A stretch of 64,000 nucleotides of DNA. Origin: Trypanosoma brucei. Its lineage: Eukaryota. The number at the start of each line of letters is the position of its first letter. Positions within the stretch are counted from its first letter, which is position 1. Where the stretch lies: assembly GCA_000002445.1 (NCBI GenBank), contig CM000208.1, positions 3,072,001 through 3,136,000 of the forward strand, read 5' to 3'. A program made the position numbers and the translations under genes. This document shows, piece by piece, positions 28,764 to 40,600 of the stretch. The notes beneath the pieces are model-generated. The model made no database searches. It saw only the letters and a program-made list of their open reading frames with translations, and had not been told where the DNA came from.

Positions 28764-31700
28764 ATGAAAGCACCAGCCTTGCTGTTGTTTTTACTGTCAG
28801 CATGTGCCGCATCGCCGCCGACGAGGGAAGCCGGGGGTGTACAAGTAACCGTGACAATTGTGTCTCTGATGTACAGTAAAAACTGGCCTGCTGAGTACAT
28901 CAACGCTGTCAATGCTGGTTTTAACGCATCCCTGGCCGCGCGGAACTGGGTGGTAGCGCCTGGGGTTAATGTTTCGGTAGTTCCACCCCCGTCGTACGAC
29001 ACCCCAGCATATCAGCACCTGGAGAAGTACTTAGAAAATGTAAAGGACGATAACAGCAGTATGGTGGTTGTGTTGGGTCCCATGGGCGAAGAGAGCAGCT
29101 TTGCCTCGTATGATACCCTGAAGAAACACGGTCTTGTCGGATTCGCTCCTATGACTGGGGCTGCGGGTTTTGAGACTTACCTTCCACACCTCTATTTTCT
29201 TCGCCCTGGTTTTACGGGTGAACTCATAGCCCTTATCCGTTATGCCGTGACTTACCTGCGCGTTCTCCGGTTGGGGTTTACCTACCTTGAAGGTATGATG
29301 GGGGGTACTACCACATACGAGAATGCTGTGGACTTTTTGTCACGCATGGGATACACGTTTTGTTGTATTTTCACAGTGCACGGGACAGCCGAAAGGCGGA
29401 CGGTAACAGGTAGGGAGTTCGATGTGGCATGGAACGAGTTTGCCGGGAAACTTCCACAGGCTGTTATTGTTGTTGCTACTGTAAATGATGAAATAAAGAA
29501 TTTTGTCAAGAACCTTGTGGCTGATCCACGCACCGCGGATGCGTACCTGTTGGCTCCCTCACTAATGCAGAAGTCGATCGTGACAGTATGGAAGGAGGCA
29601 TTGGAAGCTGCAAATGCCACTTTTGTCCCTCGTCGCGTAATCCAGACAGGCACCAACCCACTTGCCAACGACACAGACAGTCGTGCCATTAGTCGCTTTC
29701 AAGGTGAGATGCGGGATTATCTTACGGCATATGGGGAATGGGCCGGTGTCGACGACGCAGAGTGCTTCCTCAAGGACGACGCAGAGGGAGAACTGATGGT
29801 TGCTGGTTGGCTCGCTGGAGAGGTGCTATCGCAAGCTCTACGGAGCCATGGATGGATGAACAATCGCACAGCTTTCATGGAGTCGCTCTACGAGCAACGC
29901 CGTTACGTCGTTGACAACATCGTTATTGGTGACTTTGGAGGTAGTTGTGAGGACAATTCTACTGATAGCGGTGCCATCTGCCAGTGCAACCGCGGCGGTA
30001 GGAAGGTATACATGAAGGAGATTGCAGAGGGCTACCGACTAAGACCGCTTGTTGGCGGCTACATCGTACAGTCCCAACTGGAGTGTAATAGTGATCCTGC
30101 AATCCTGCAGCCGCCGCTCAGCGGACTCGCCATCCTCATAAATGATCGCCAGGAGCTTACGAGGGCTGTGAAACAGTTTAAAATTGGCACGTCTGCCGTA
30201 TCTGCAGATGGCGAAGACGATGACGTGGACAGGCTTGTCATTCAGGTATTTGACACAAAGGCGCATACCGCTTTCGACGATCTCAAGGCGCTGCAACAGA
30301 GGAAAATTTTAACTGCTTTGTTCGGTGTCGTAACTGAGTCGTTGTTAGAACTCTCAAACGTGACATTCATTGACCCAATGGTGCCAACGCCTCATTTAAA
30401 CACTTTCAACAGGAATGTGATCCGCCTGTCGCCAACATTGGAGCAGCAGCTTTATGTACATGCGACCTACCTGTCTAGCATCCGTGCTGTTAATGTCCAC
30501 TGTATTGTCAGAAGCAACGAAGCGGCTCGCATCATCGACGTGCTTAGGAAGACGTTGATTACCTTTGGTCTGAATCTCAGTTCCACAAAAGTATTGGAGG
30601 CCAGGACCACGATTAGGGGGAATCTACCGACAAGGGGCAGTGTATTTCTCATTGGGCTCGTCGGCACTGACATTGCGGCAATTGAAGAACACCTCCGCAC
30701 ACACGAGAGGACTCTTATATTTGTCCAGTATTCTGACATCGCGTTGCTATACAATGAGTTTGTGCAAACATTTAACAACACTCATACTGCCGAACGTCTT
30801 GTGTTCGCAACAAGTTTACCGCACTGGGCAGACGCCAACACGACATCGGAGACTGTGCGACGGTTCCAGGACGTTATATCTGATGTGGCGCTACGGACAC
30901 CGCTGTCACTGTTGGGTTTTGCCACTGGCAGGTTGATGCAGAGGAACTTGCAGCGTATGCCCAAGGTGACCCCTGAACTCCTGTCCGACCTCTTCTTCGA
31001 AGAAACAGTGATCACTGTCGACGACATGCGCTATGGACCATTCAGGCACTACGATTGCGTAATCAACGATGTCGTTACCGAGGATAATTGTATAACAAAT
31101 TTTGGTGCGGCGGACATCAGTGTGTGGTCGATGGCGCGTGCGCTACGACCACATGAGCCAGTACTGCAGGAAGCGATGTTTCCGTCGATGAAGTATAACG
31201 TTCCTAATGGTAACGCCCTCACCCCCGCACAACTTGCTGGCGTAATCGGTGGGACCTCGGCAGCCCTGTTCCTCCTTTTGGGGCTTGGCGTGCTATTGTA
31301 CTTCGTCCTTCGCGATGGTCGCGACAACGACAACGCGCCCAAGGAACCAACAGACCCGGTGACGCTCATCTTCACCGATGTCGAGAGTAGCACTGCGCTG
31401 TGGGCTGCTCACCCCGAACTGATGCCGGAGGCCGTCGCAGCTCACCACAGCATGATCCGCTCGCTGATTTCCCGTCACGGATGCTACGAGGTGAAGACGG
31501 TTGGGGATTCGTTCATGATAGCCTGCAAGAGCCCAACAACCGCAGTCAAGCTTGTGCTCGACTTACAGGTGATGTTCATGCAGTACGACTGGGGCTCTTC
31601 TGTGTTCGACGATTCGTACCGCGAGTTTGAGTTGCGTAAGGCGGATGATGTCGACGGTTACGCCCCACCAACCGCGCTCCTTGACAGCGCAACGTACGGG

Positions 31701-32393
31701 CAGTACTGGAACGGGCTGCGAGTGCGAGTTGGTGTGCACACCGGGTTGTGTGATATTAGACATGATGAAGTGACGAAGGGTTACGATTATTACGGGCAGG
31801 TTCCCAACCTTGCTGCGCGGACGGAAAATGTGACGAACGGCGGGCAGGTGCTGCTAACGCACGCGATGTACCTTGCACTCAGCACCGCAGAACGTGAGGA
31901 ATTTGACGTGACCCCATTGGGTGAAGTACCGTTGCGTGGTGTGCCGGAGCCTGTTGTAATGTACCAGCTGAACGCCGTTCCCGGCCGCTCTTTTTCTGCA
32001 CTTCGTTTGGACCGAGTTATTGACGTGCTGGAGGAAGGCGGGGACGGCACAGGCACTTCTGGTAGCGACCGCGCGTCAACAGTCATCGAGCTGAGTGAAT
32101 CTGCGCAAGCGATTGCTTCTTCCCTGCTGTCTCTACTGGGGACCCTGACACCCGCACAACGCCACAGGACGCTTATGCTCTTCTGTGAACGCTGGCGCGT
32201 CGCACTTCCTCGTAGCTTGGGCGCCGTATGGGACGATGACGGCTGTCGTGAGGTTATACGGCGCGTCGCCGCAAAGGTTGGTCACGTTGTAGATTTTCAT
32301 TCACTGGGAACGAGTGAGCGCTCGTCAAGCACGTTGTCAAGCGCATCGGTAATTATTATCCCCAATCGGACCACGGATTTTGATAAGTTTTAA
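28764..32393 (+). CDS. GRESAG4: Receptor-type adenylate cyclase (GRESAG4 family), 1209 aa
   Basis: A signal peptide (MKAPALLLFLLSACAASPP) leads into a large extracellular domain. A single TM segment follows (GVIGGTSAALFLLLGLGVLLYFVL). The class III cyclase catalytic domain is present (TLIFTDVESSTALWAAHPELMPEAVAAHHSMIRSLISRHGCYEVKTVGDSFMIACKS … VRVGVHTGLCD…YYGQVPNLAARTEN). Confidence 0.9.
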   Translation: MKAPALLLFLLSACAASPPTREAGGVQVTVTIVSLMYSKNWPAEYINAVNAGFNASLAARNWVVAPGVNVSVVPPPSYDTPAYQHLEKYLENVKDDNSSMVVVLGPMGEESSFASYDTLKKHGLVGFAPMTGAAGFETYLPHLYFLRPGFTGELIALIRYAVTYLRVLRLGFTYLEGMMGGTTTYENAVDFLSRMGYTFCCIFTVHGTAERRTVTGREFDVAWNEFAGKLPQAVIVVATVNDEIKNFVKNLVADPRTADAYLLAPSLMQKSIVTVWKEALEAANATFVPRRVIQTGTNPLANDTDSRAISRFQGEMRDYLTAYGEWAGVDDAECFLKDDAEGELMVAGWLAGEVLSQALRSHGWMNNRTAFMESLYEQRRYVVDNIVIGDFGGSCEDNSTDSGAICQCNRGGRKVYMKEIAEGYRLRPLVGGYIVQSQLECNSDPAILQPPLSGLAILINDRQELTRAVKQFKIGTSAVSADGEDDDVDRLVIQVFDTKAHTAFDDLKALQQRKILTALFGVVTESLLELSNVTFIDPMVPTPHLNTFNRNVIRLSPTLEQQLYVHATYLSSIRAVNVHCIVRSNEAARIIDVLRKTLITFGLNLSSTKVLEARTTIRGNLPTRGSVFLIGLVGTDIAAIEEHLRTHERTLIFVQYSDIALLYNEFVQTFNNTHTAERLVFATSLPHWADANTTSETVRRFQDVISDVALRTPLSLLGFATGRLMQRNLQRMPKVTPELLSDLFFEETVITVDDMRYGPFRHYDCVINDVVTEDNCITNFGAADISVWSMARALRPHEPVLQEAMFPSMKYNVPNGNALTPAQLAGVIGGTSAALFLLLGLGVLLYFVLRDGRDNDNAPKEPTDPVTLIFTDVESSTALWAAHPELMPEAVAAHHSMIRSLISRHGCYEVKTVGDSFMIACKSPTTAVKLVLDLQVMFMQYDWGSSVFDDSYREFELRKADDVDGYAPPTALLDSATYGQYWNGLRVRVGVHTGLCDIRHDEVTKGYDYYGQVPNLAARTENVTNGGQVLLTHAMYLALSTAEREEFDVTPLGEVPLRGVPEPVVMYQLNAVPGRSFSALRLDRVIDVLEEGGDGTGTSGSDRASTVIELSESAQAIASSLLSLLGTLTPAQRHRTLMLFCERWRVALPRSLGAVWDDDGCREVIRRVAAKVGHVVDFHSLGTSERSSSTLSSASVIIIPNRTTDFDKF

Positions 32394-33519
32394 GGGTTTT
32401 GGGGGGTTAATGGCACAACAGGAGCCCGAGTCACGTGCCAATACGCCCTCCCGAGCAAAACTCTTTGCCAGATGTAAAGTGGCTTTGTTGGTTTTCCACT
32501 CTCCGCCGGGTGTCTTGTTTTGTTTCTATTAGCTAGTGCCATTATAAAAAAATTTGTGGTGAAAACGTTTTTTACAATTTCCTCCCTCCCTATGGACAGA
32601 TATTTTAATAAATAGGAACTAACACATGTGCTTACTAACAAAAGTTATGTTGTTGTGCTGGTATCTGAGCGTAGTTGTTGCGCACATATGCGCTAATGGG
32701 TTATCGACCTCTCCCGTATTCTACGTTATGGGAGGGGGGGGGGTTTGGTCTTTTGTGTTTTTCCCTGCAGTTGGTACTTAAGCATCATTATGTAACCATG
32801 CGCCAAGGAAATTCACCTCCGGCACTGCTAACAAACCTATTTAGGTTACATTAGTGGTAAATATTTTTTTTTTTCAAGTAATAGTGAACCTCTTTTTTCG
32901 AAATATTTTCTTAGCAGCATGCATGTCTTATGGGGCGAGCGCTCAACAACGTCTCCGGCGGTGAAATCTTATTTTTTTTTCGTTCCCGATAGCCTGATGG
33001 CCTTAACAAACAAGAGAGAGTCTCTGTCACCCTTTCTTACTTACGGTACCCGTCCCTGTGCTTCGTCAGTGACGTCGCGGTAGCTACACCTGCAACTTTC
33101 AATGGAGAGATTTCCTGCAGGCTGTCGTGTACTTTTTCCCTTTTGCTTTCTCTTGTTTTTTTTTTCCGTCCACAACGCACAAAAGTGGGATTGGGTTTTG
33201 TGGTGATGACACCACCCCAGTACTTTAGCGGAACATGTTGAGCGTATGAAAACTAAAGCTTATGGGAAAATATCTCATGTGATGCCAGTCGTGCCAACGT
33301 GAGTCGGAGACCAACGTCTCCACGCTACTTGGAGAGACTGAGAATCACTGGCGTACCATACCTGCAAAGCCTCGGGGTGTGCGCTAGTGTTTTATCGGTA
33401 TGATCGCATGCTGCAGGATGCGACAGTTTATTTCTGCCCCCTGTGTCGGGTGCGTGCTCCCCACAGTCCTGGTTAGTGGGGCGAGCAGCTACGATGTTAA
33501 GTGAAAAAAAATTTTAATT

Positions 33520-33591
33520 GATGGCGGAAAAATGGCCGGATGTCGTGCAACATAACAGTAACACACAGCATCGGGCCATTTTTCCGCCATC
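33520..33591. repeat. Near-perfect 20-bp inverted repeat with a 32-nt spacer (hairpin-forming)
   Basis: Arm 1 is gatggcggaaaaatggccgg. Arm 2 is cgggccatttttccgccatc. The match is 19 of 20. Confidence 0.85.
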
Positions 33592-35957
33592 GCGGCTAGC
33601 CGTGTGAATACATGGTTCCGCTCACATTTACTAACCCCGAGCGGAGGTGCTTGCTGCCACACGGCTTCAGCCTGCAGGAGATGGGTAGTGTATTATAATT
33701 GTTGTATCCGAAGCACTGAGAGCTGTGCAATGCAAACCTTGTTGGTTGATATTTACACTTGTTGATGGGATTTTCATGCGCGAACCTTCTCCTCATTCGG
33801 ATGAAATTTTCTTTCTTTTAGTCGTGTGGACACGTCTTAACAGTCTTTCGTTGCAAGTCTACCCAGCTCTTTCTTTCCTTTTGTCGTTGTTTACCTGCGA
33901 TTCAAAAAGAATGTGTACCTGAAGAAAAATTATCATGTAATCATTTCATCGAGTGTGTGGTGTGTTATCCCCAAAGCTTGTTGCTTGACGTCGCCGCTAC
34001 CCAGTTGGCACATCGCCCTCCCTTCGTATCACGCCTCACTAACAGGGTCAAGTGGGTGTGTTTTGGTTATGTTTGTTTCGAACTGTGAGGACACAATTCC
34101 ACTCGATTAGAGGCGTTTGTGGAGGGCAACTGTTGGTGCTGTCGTCCACTCACCAAATGTACTTCAGTGAAGCCACTTACTCAGGCGGTAATTACGCTAA
34201 ATCTGTATTTGTTTCTTGTTTTGACCCATCGCGGAGAAATGCCGGTTTGGGGGGAGGGGAGAGGGGCAACACGTGAAGTGCTCCTCGAAGGAGGTCGGTG
34301 GGAAAAACAGAGTGAATGGGAAAAGGGCAGTTGGAAAAGCTCCCCCGAGTGGAACGCCGGTTATGAATGGTGGGAGCAGGTGTATGGACTCGGTTGCTAA
34401 AAGAAGCCAGGGGAAAGGCTTGCCGCAAGGAGTGGATCTCTCAAAGAAGGAAAGGATACACGCTGGTGCCGAAGAAGAGAGCTCCGTTTAGGGAACAAAA
34501 AGGAACAAAGTGGATGTGCAGCGTCCACTCTCTCCGTGGCCTTCCGTTTGTTGAAATTAGTGGGGTATCGGTGGGCATTGCCGACACGTACGGTACATTT
34601 TATCTGCTGACTTCACTTTCACTGAGACAGTTGCCACCTACAGTGCTGACGGTGGGGCCAGTTGAGACACCAACACCGACATTGGGAACACCTGTGTGAA
34701 CTCTAATTTCCCCCCTGTTGTCGATCCCACAGTTGGTATCAGGGAAAATAATATATTCGTTCTCGTGGGAAGGTGTAGCTCTTCCAGTAAGCATTGGACA
34801 TGGAAACATTACGGTGAAAACTGGGATATACTCATGTACAATGGTACTGAAAAAGAAAGCAGGATCTGGTATGCCAGTCGTAACCGTAAAGTGGAACAAA
34901 CCCCAAAAATTGAAATATCTTTTACCAGCGCTGCTTCCCCTTGGAGATAAATCTCCATTACGGTTCCTCGGTGGTGCAGGAAGCGCGGCCAGCACATCAA
35001 GTGATCCGCTTGCCTTCCCCACGTACGCGAAGAACACACGGAGGCATACAGCTGCAAAGATGTTGTATTAGGTTGGCGATGGCAAAATGTGGCCCCTTGC
35101 CGTAGGTGAGACGCCCGTTGGTGTGATGGGGACTTTTGTTTCTCGGTGAAATAGATTTCTTAATGGTAGGACCTGCCCGGAATACCGCACGATGCTCGAG
35201 TCGAAAGGCGTTGGTGCAACGTGGAATGAGCTGCTTGGAACTGTGCCCAGCGCGGTTGGTAACTCACCAAACCATAGACGACCCGGAAACACCGAGAGGA
35301 CCATCATATTAAACGTTGAAGACGTTCTCGTGATCTTCTTTACTCGGCCGAAAACACGAGGGGGACTCCGGCGGCGTGATCGCCCCCGCCCATGGCCAGC
35401 GAATGGCAGTCGGACATATACCTCGCGACATTGAATAAATTCCTTATATTTCTTTCTTCTATGTGAACGGCAGATCGCCCACCTGCTCGAATGAACAAAA
35501 CTGCCACAGAAGTTCTCACCATTTACCTTGCACGCCCTGTGGGCAAATTCGAGGTTGTCAAGTCTACGGTGAGGTTATGGAACTAACAAAGTAAACTGCT
35601 GTGCGGTACGTGGCCTTCCGTGACGGAATCCCTGCGCCGCCTGCACCGTCAGTTTGCTCGGAGGCCCCCCTGGTGTAAGAGTGTGGATTGATGATCTTGA
35701 CACTGTTGTATAGTTGCCAGCCGTTATTGTGGGGAAAGGAAAAGCAGTTTCAAACGAGCGAACCGTCACATGGCGAGCGCGGCAGTGATGTTGCACGTGC
35801 ACGCCCTCATCCTTAGCCAAAGGTGTTTTTTTACGCGCTGCTTCCGTTTCGGGAAACCTCACGAGGGCTGCAGCTCGAGATTTTTATTTGGCATACTTCG
35901 ATGATTTCCCACAACCTTTGCACACCAATTTGGTAAATACGGGAGGTACGGGGGCCG

Positions 35958-35959
<2 letters not shown>

Positions 35960-36003
<44 letters not shown>
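35960..36003. repeat. (CA)22 microsatellite
   Basis: Direct read. Track ORFs 35859..36179(-) and 36055..36402(+) run through it as poly-Cys-Val (poly-CV, VCVCVCV) artefacts. Confidence 0.95.
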
Positions 36004-36004
<1 letters not shown>

Positions 36005-36379
36005 CAACCATAGCTTTTAAAGGAGTAGGTGTAAACGATACATCAACAGAATTTTTGTTTTGCTTGGGAAGTGCCACTTTAGGGGATGGGGAACAATTTA
36101 TGGTCGATGATGAGGCTTCCCGGGCATTTTGGAAAAGAAGGATGGAATTGCTCAGGGTCTGGTGGTTAAAGTTTTGCAACGGGAGTGTGCCGAGCCCCTT
36201 CCCACAACTTTTTCCTCACTCGAGTGAGTGGCCCGACTTTTACGTGTCGTCTCCCGGTTGTTTCGGTGGCGATGCTTCTGAATGTTTTCAGTCTAATGAA
36301 CAGGAAGAAGGAGCCGTGCCCCTCAGTAGGAAAGGTGGCGTACGGTGGATCATTTCGCACAGCATTGGAGGGCTTCGGA

Positions 36380-36401
36380 TGTGTGTGTGTGTGTGTGTGT
36401 G
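36380..36401. repeat. (TG)11 microsatellite, reverse complement of the (CA)22 lying 376 nt upstream
   Basis: Direct read. Confidence 0.95.
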
Positions 36402-37670
36402 AAATCCTTCCCATACTGCAGGGATAAAAAAGGGTTTCCCGGATTCTATCCTCTTGTCTGTGTTTCCCGATGTCGCGGCAGACCCCTTTTAGGCTGCTAC
36501 CGTGGATTTTACATGCAGTAGGGCTTTGCTGAGAGAAGGTGCGCGGGTAGGTCAAAAGAAAAAGACAAAAAACGTAGGGAAAAGTGATCATTTCGCCAGC
36601 GTCTGAAAAGAAAATCCCCACTTTACCAATTTTTCTAACGGCGAGGGGCTTCACCACGAATAATTTTATAAGCGCAAGTTCGTGCGTCGCCGGTGTCAGG
36701 GGAAGTGGGCTTCATCAGGGCAAACGGCAGTGACACCAACATTCGCTCGCTCCTGTACAAAAAGAAAATGAATAAGGTGCAAAAGGTAATAAATCAAAAG
36801 AAAAAAAAGGAAAAGGGCGAAAAGGAAAAAAAACGAAACGTCTTAACTAAGTTGGTGTACAAGACACGAAAATTTATATCGTCCCTTCAATAAGGAGCGG
36901 ACTTCATGTTGAACGCCCAGGCACACACAATCTCCCCGTCAGTTGTGGTGGGAAGCGACTAGAGAGGACGCGGTGTGCCAAACTTTCTCGTCACCACTGG
37001 ACCCCGTAGTGCTGTAACTGTGTTTTCGTGTGTGCAGAGGGGAGGATCATATTCTGCCGCGTCGGTACGACACATGGCGCCGCATTTTGTTAGTGTCAGA
37101 AGGACACGCCCTTCGTGGCAGTAGCCGCGGATGGCGGACGGTTTTCTTTTTTCTCCCCCCCCCCTGCACATCTCTACCCCTCATGCGCAAACCTTTCCAT
37201 CGTTAATTTGCCGTCATGGTACAACATTCCCCCAATCGTTCCGGGCGGTCGTTCTAATACACAACGTAGTCCCAATCCTAACCCTTTTCCGGTTCCAACA
37301 TTTTGATGCAATATTTTTTTCCGCATGGAGTAATGACCCTTTCCTCGCAGCACCATGCATTTCCGTTACACAGTTCCCATGTTTCCACGCAGTCGCAGTG
37401 TGTGCGACCACCGCTTCTGAGTTCTCTGTTTAACAAACAATATAATGCACATGCCCACCGAGTAAAACACCCCGCAACCAGCCAAAAGGGGGAAAAAAAG
37501 ACGTCCGCTACTCGATTCCCGCTTCTTCACCGCACTCACCTTTACGAGCGCAGCATGGTACGGAGCGTACACGGCACTCACCATCCTCGATGGCGTTTGC
37601 GGCGTCTCTGGAGCTGGCTCCGGTTGCAATAACCCTTTTTTTTCCCCTGTCACCCACGTTCTTCGCTATG

Positions 37671-40600
37671 TTAGCTGTGAAACCAGCGGACGAGGTATTC
37701 GGGATAACTTCGCGTACCGGGTGACGGCACCGACAATTCCCACTGACCTGCCGCGGGCCCGCTGCCTCTCACCATCGCGCATCGCTGCACAACAAAGAGG
37801 CCGGTGTCAGGCCCCGCTGACGGTACGCAACATGTTTCCATTTCGTCCTCATCACTCACCACAGCCCCCAGTGCGACGCGGAACACGATTGCCCACGTGG
37901 CCCACGGGTTGTCATCGTTGCGTGTTTGTTTTTTGGCCTCCATCCACGGCGGAACAAATGCAAACCGGCATTTTTCTTCTTTAGTCCCCTCGAGACATAT
38001 TTGCCATGCCTCCTCCTCGTCCTTGCAGTTGTACCACAAGAATCGTTCGTTGACCTCACAATCGTCGCTGCACGGTAAGAAGTGAGGTTGCTCTCTCAAC
38101 GCCACCGGCACTGAAAAAGAACTACACCCGCGCGCCAGCACCAGTTGCTGGCGATATTTCCAATATGTTTCCCACAAGTAAATGTTACGGTTGAGAAACA
38201 CCGCGGTGCCCTGAGGTGATCGGTGCATGAGAACGCGGTTGTCTGGAAACAACGAGACAGGCCCCATGTTTTTTTGCGCTGTCCAATACGGCGGGTAGGA
38301 AACCTCCTTGGTAAAGAGGTATTGACGTTCGTCACAATCATAGTTTACTTTGATAAGGCGCCGTACGAAGCCTCTTGCATCCAGCAGACTCCAACGAGGC
38401 TCCAGTTTACCCGTCAAACGGTCAGCGACTTCCAGAAACACATTAAACATTTCCCTTATCTGTTGCTCGGCCTGGCCGCATCCAGTCACCACACCTGAAG
38501 AGGCCCTGTCGTCACTAGCGTTGCGATGGGGAGAAGATTTGGTCTGCGGCAGGGTGCCACGAAGGTATGGGAGTACTTCAGCGTGTAGAGTCACTCCAAA
38601 GTCAGCAGCGTCATCCTGAGCGGTTTTCGTCCCGTATTTGTGCACCTTCAGGGAGTTTGAAAAAAATCCGAGCGTCGTATTTCCAAAGTCATCATGTGTG
38701 AAGTTGGACATGCAGATATCGCCATGGGTTACCTGGCACGAGTGAATGTCAATAATAGCCTGCAAGGCGCCGTGGAGCCATCGAACCCCGTGTTGTTTGA
38801 TTCTTTTTAAGATGTCCTGGGGTGAGCTAAATCGCACTTGTGTTCCGCCCCGGGGTAGATGAAAATATATTTGATTTGTGTGCTCATCACCGAATACTTC
38901 AATTGCAGAGGTCACGCGACAGGACGCGCACGTCTCCTGAAGTCGCAGCTCACGTTCCATGAGGGTTTTGAATACCTTGGTTGTTTGTACCGAAGACTCA
39001 TTTTCATATTTTGGGAATGTATACCGCTTGAGCCAGCATGGTGTAACGGTGCCGCTGATGGGATCCACATACTCAGCGCACAACAGGGCAAACTCGATTT
39101 CGCTGATCTCTTTTCCATCTTTTAACACCATCCCCTGATAGGTTGCAGGTTTGTGGGGTTCCAATACATTTCGGGGCTCAACCACAACGTGCTTGTAACT
39201 CACTAAGGTACGTTCACGCTCGTATTTTACATAGCGCCGAATTTCACATTTTTGGTGCGCGCAACGGGCGCAGGAGGAAGGCAGCAATTTGAAGAACCCA
39301 ATATTTTCTGGCAGGTGCACACTGTAGATATTGTATAACTCGCACGTGGCGGCGTCTACCTCCGTAAACACTTGGTGAAAAAGCAAACTTTCCTTTGTGT
39401 CCCCTTCACGTTGTTCGCTCGACTTCAATTTTTCCTTCTTAGCGGTAGATTTGGAGGTTCGCCCCCCTACGTCATGCGTTGCGTGCCGCAGTGACGCAAC
39501 ACTCTTCATTTTGCTGTCCCGCGCTCTGTAATATTCCTTGCACGTTTCCCGTAGTCGCTGGTGCGTATCAACAGCGTGTGCTCCCGAAAGCGCAAACCCC
39601 GCAATAAGCCCGATGATTCTCACCTCATCCGCGAATTCCAGCGTCCTCTCATCTTCTGTTTCATCAGATTCTTCCAACGAATCGCTGTCGCCGGTGCAGA
39701 GTGCTTGTATCGCGGTCTGTATGTCAAACAGCGCACTGAGTGTCTGTCCCGTCCCCGCCACCACTGTTACATCAGCAGTGGCACCGGTGTGCTGCTTGAA
39801 AAAGCTGTGGGCGAGGCTTTGCGCGGTTTTCCACAACTCAAATGCCTCGATCAACTTGCCGGTCACGTGCTTTGGAAAGCAAGTTGCGACAATTGTCCTC
39901 CTTAGATCCTCACGCTTTGCCACCGCCTCACATTTTGTGCACCACCGGAAATCACAGCAGGAACGCTCGACGGGTAAAACGGTCGTTGCGGTATCCCTCG
40001 CAGCGACTTCATCCGCGATGTGAACAAATACATGCATTCTGATGAACATGTGCACGTTGACCTTGAGCCGCGACCATCCCTCACAATCCCTGTGCAGCTG
40101 TTTCAACCACGAAAACGGAACTGCCTCGGTTGTGAGTTGGTAACAACGCTGAATAGCGGCTAGTACTACACAGATGCTGTGCTGCGTCGTCGAAGCTTTC
40201 GTTTCCGAAACTGCGTATTCCTCATCAGCGACACTTTCATCCGGCTCGTCCACGCTAAGTTCCTCCAGTTCGCTCAACTCCAGTGGGGTCCCCGCTTCTA
40301 ACGCCAAGAGTCCACTGTCACACAGCTCTTGGGCTTCTTGTGAAGAGTTCTTTCCAGTACGAAACAGCGATTGCAGAAAGCTCACAACGGCATTCTTCTT
40401 TCGTTTTCGGGGGCGCCGCGCACCATCTGTGTGGATTGCTTCCTCATTTTCTTGACACAAACGCCGGCAATCCTCATGCCAGCCCTGGCAGAAGGCGTAG
40501 ACCTCAAAGTCATGGTTCAGCACACCCGTCAACTCACCGCTCCCGCCTCTGTCGGGGTGGTGCACGAGCAAAAGTGCTCTGTAAACCTTTCTGCACTCAT

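Larger units (their letters stand above)
32394..37670. terminator. Convergent strand-switch region; candidate Pol II termination zone
   Basis: The plus-strand cyclase gene ends at 32393. The minus-strand cluster ends at 37671, its 3' end. The 5.3-kb gap has no credible ORF, and I saw no tRNA-like sequence in it. Confidence 0.4.

Noticed and set aside
35859-36657. Track ORFs 35859..36179(-), 36055..36402(+), 36166..36657(-) and 36185..36427(+)
   Set aside because: They are driven by the (CA)22 and (TG)11 microsatellites, which give poly-CV, VCVCVCV and HTHTHTH peptides. No coding signal is present.
32394-37670. tRNA genes expected at a convergent strand-switch region
   Set aside because: A manual scan for T-arm (GGTTCGAATCC-like) and A/B-box motifs across the 5.3-kb gap found nothing. 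I cannot exclude a divergent tRNA without running tRNAscan-SE.
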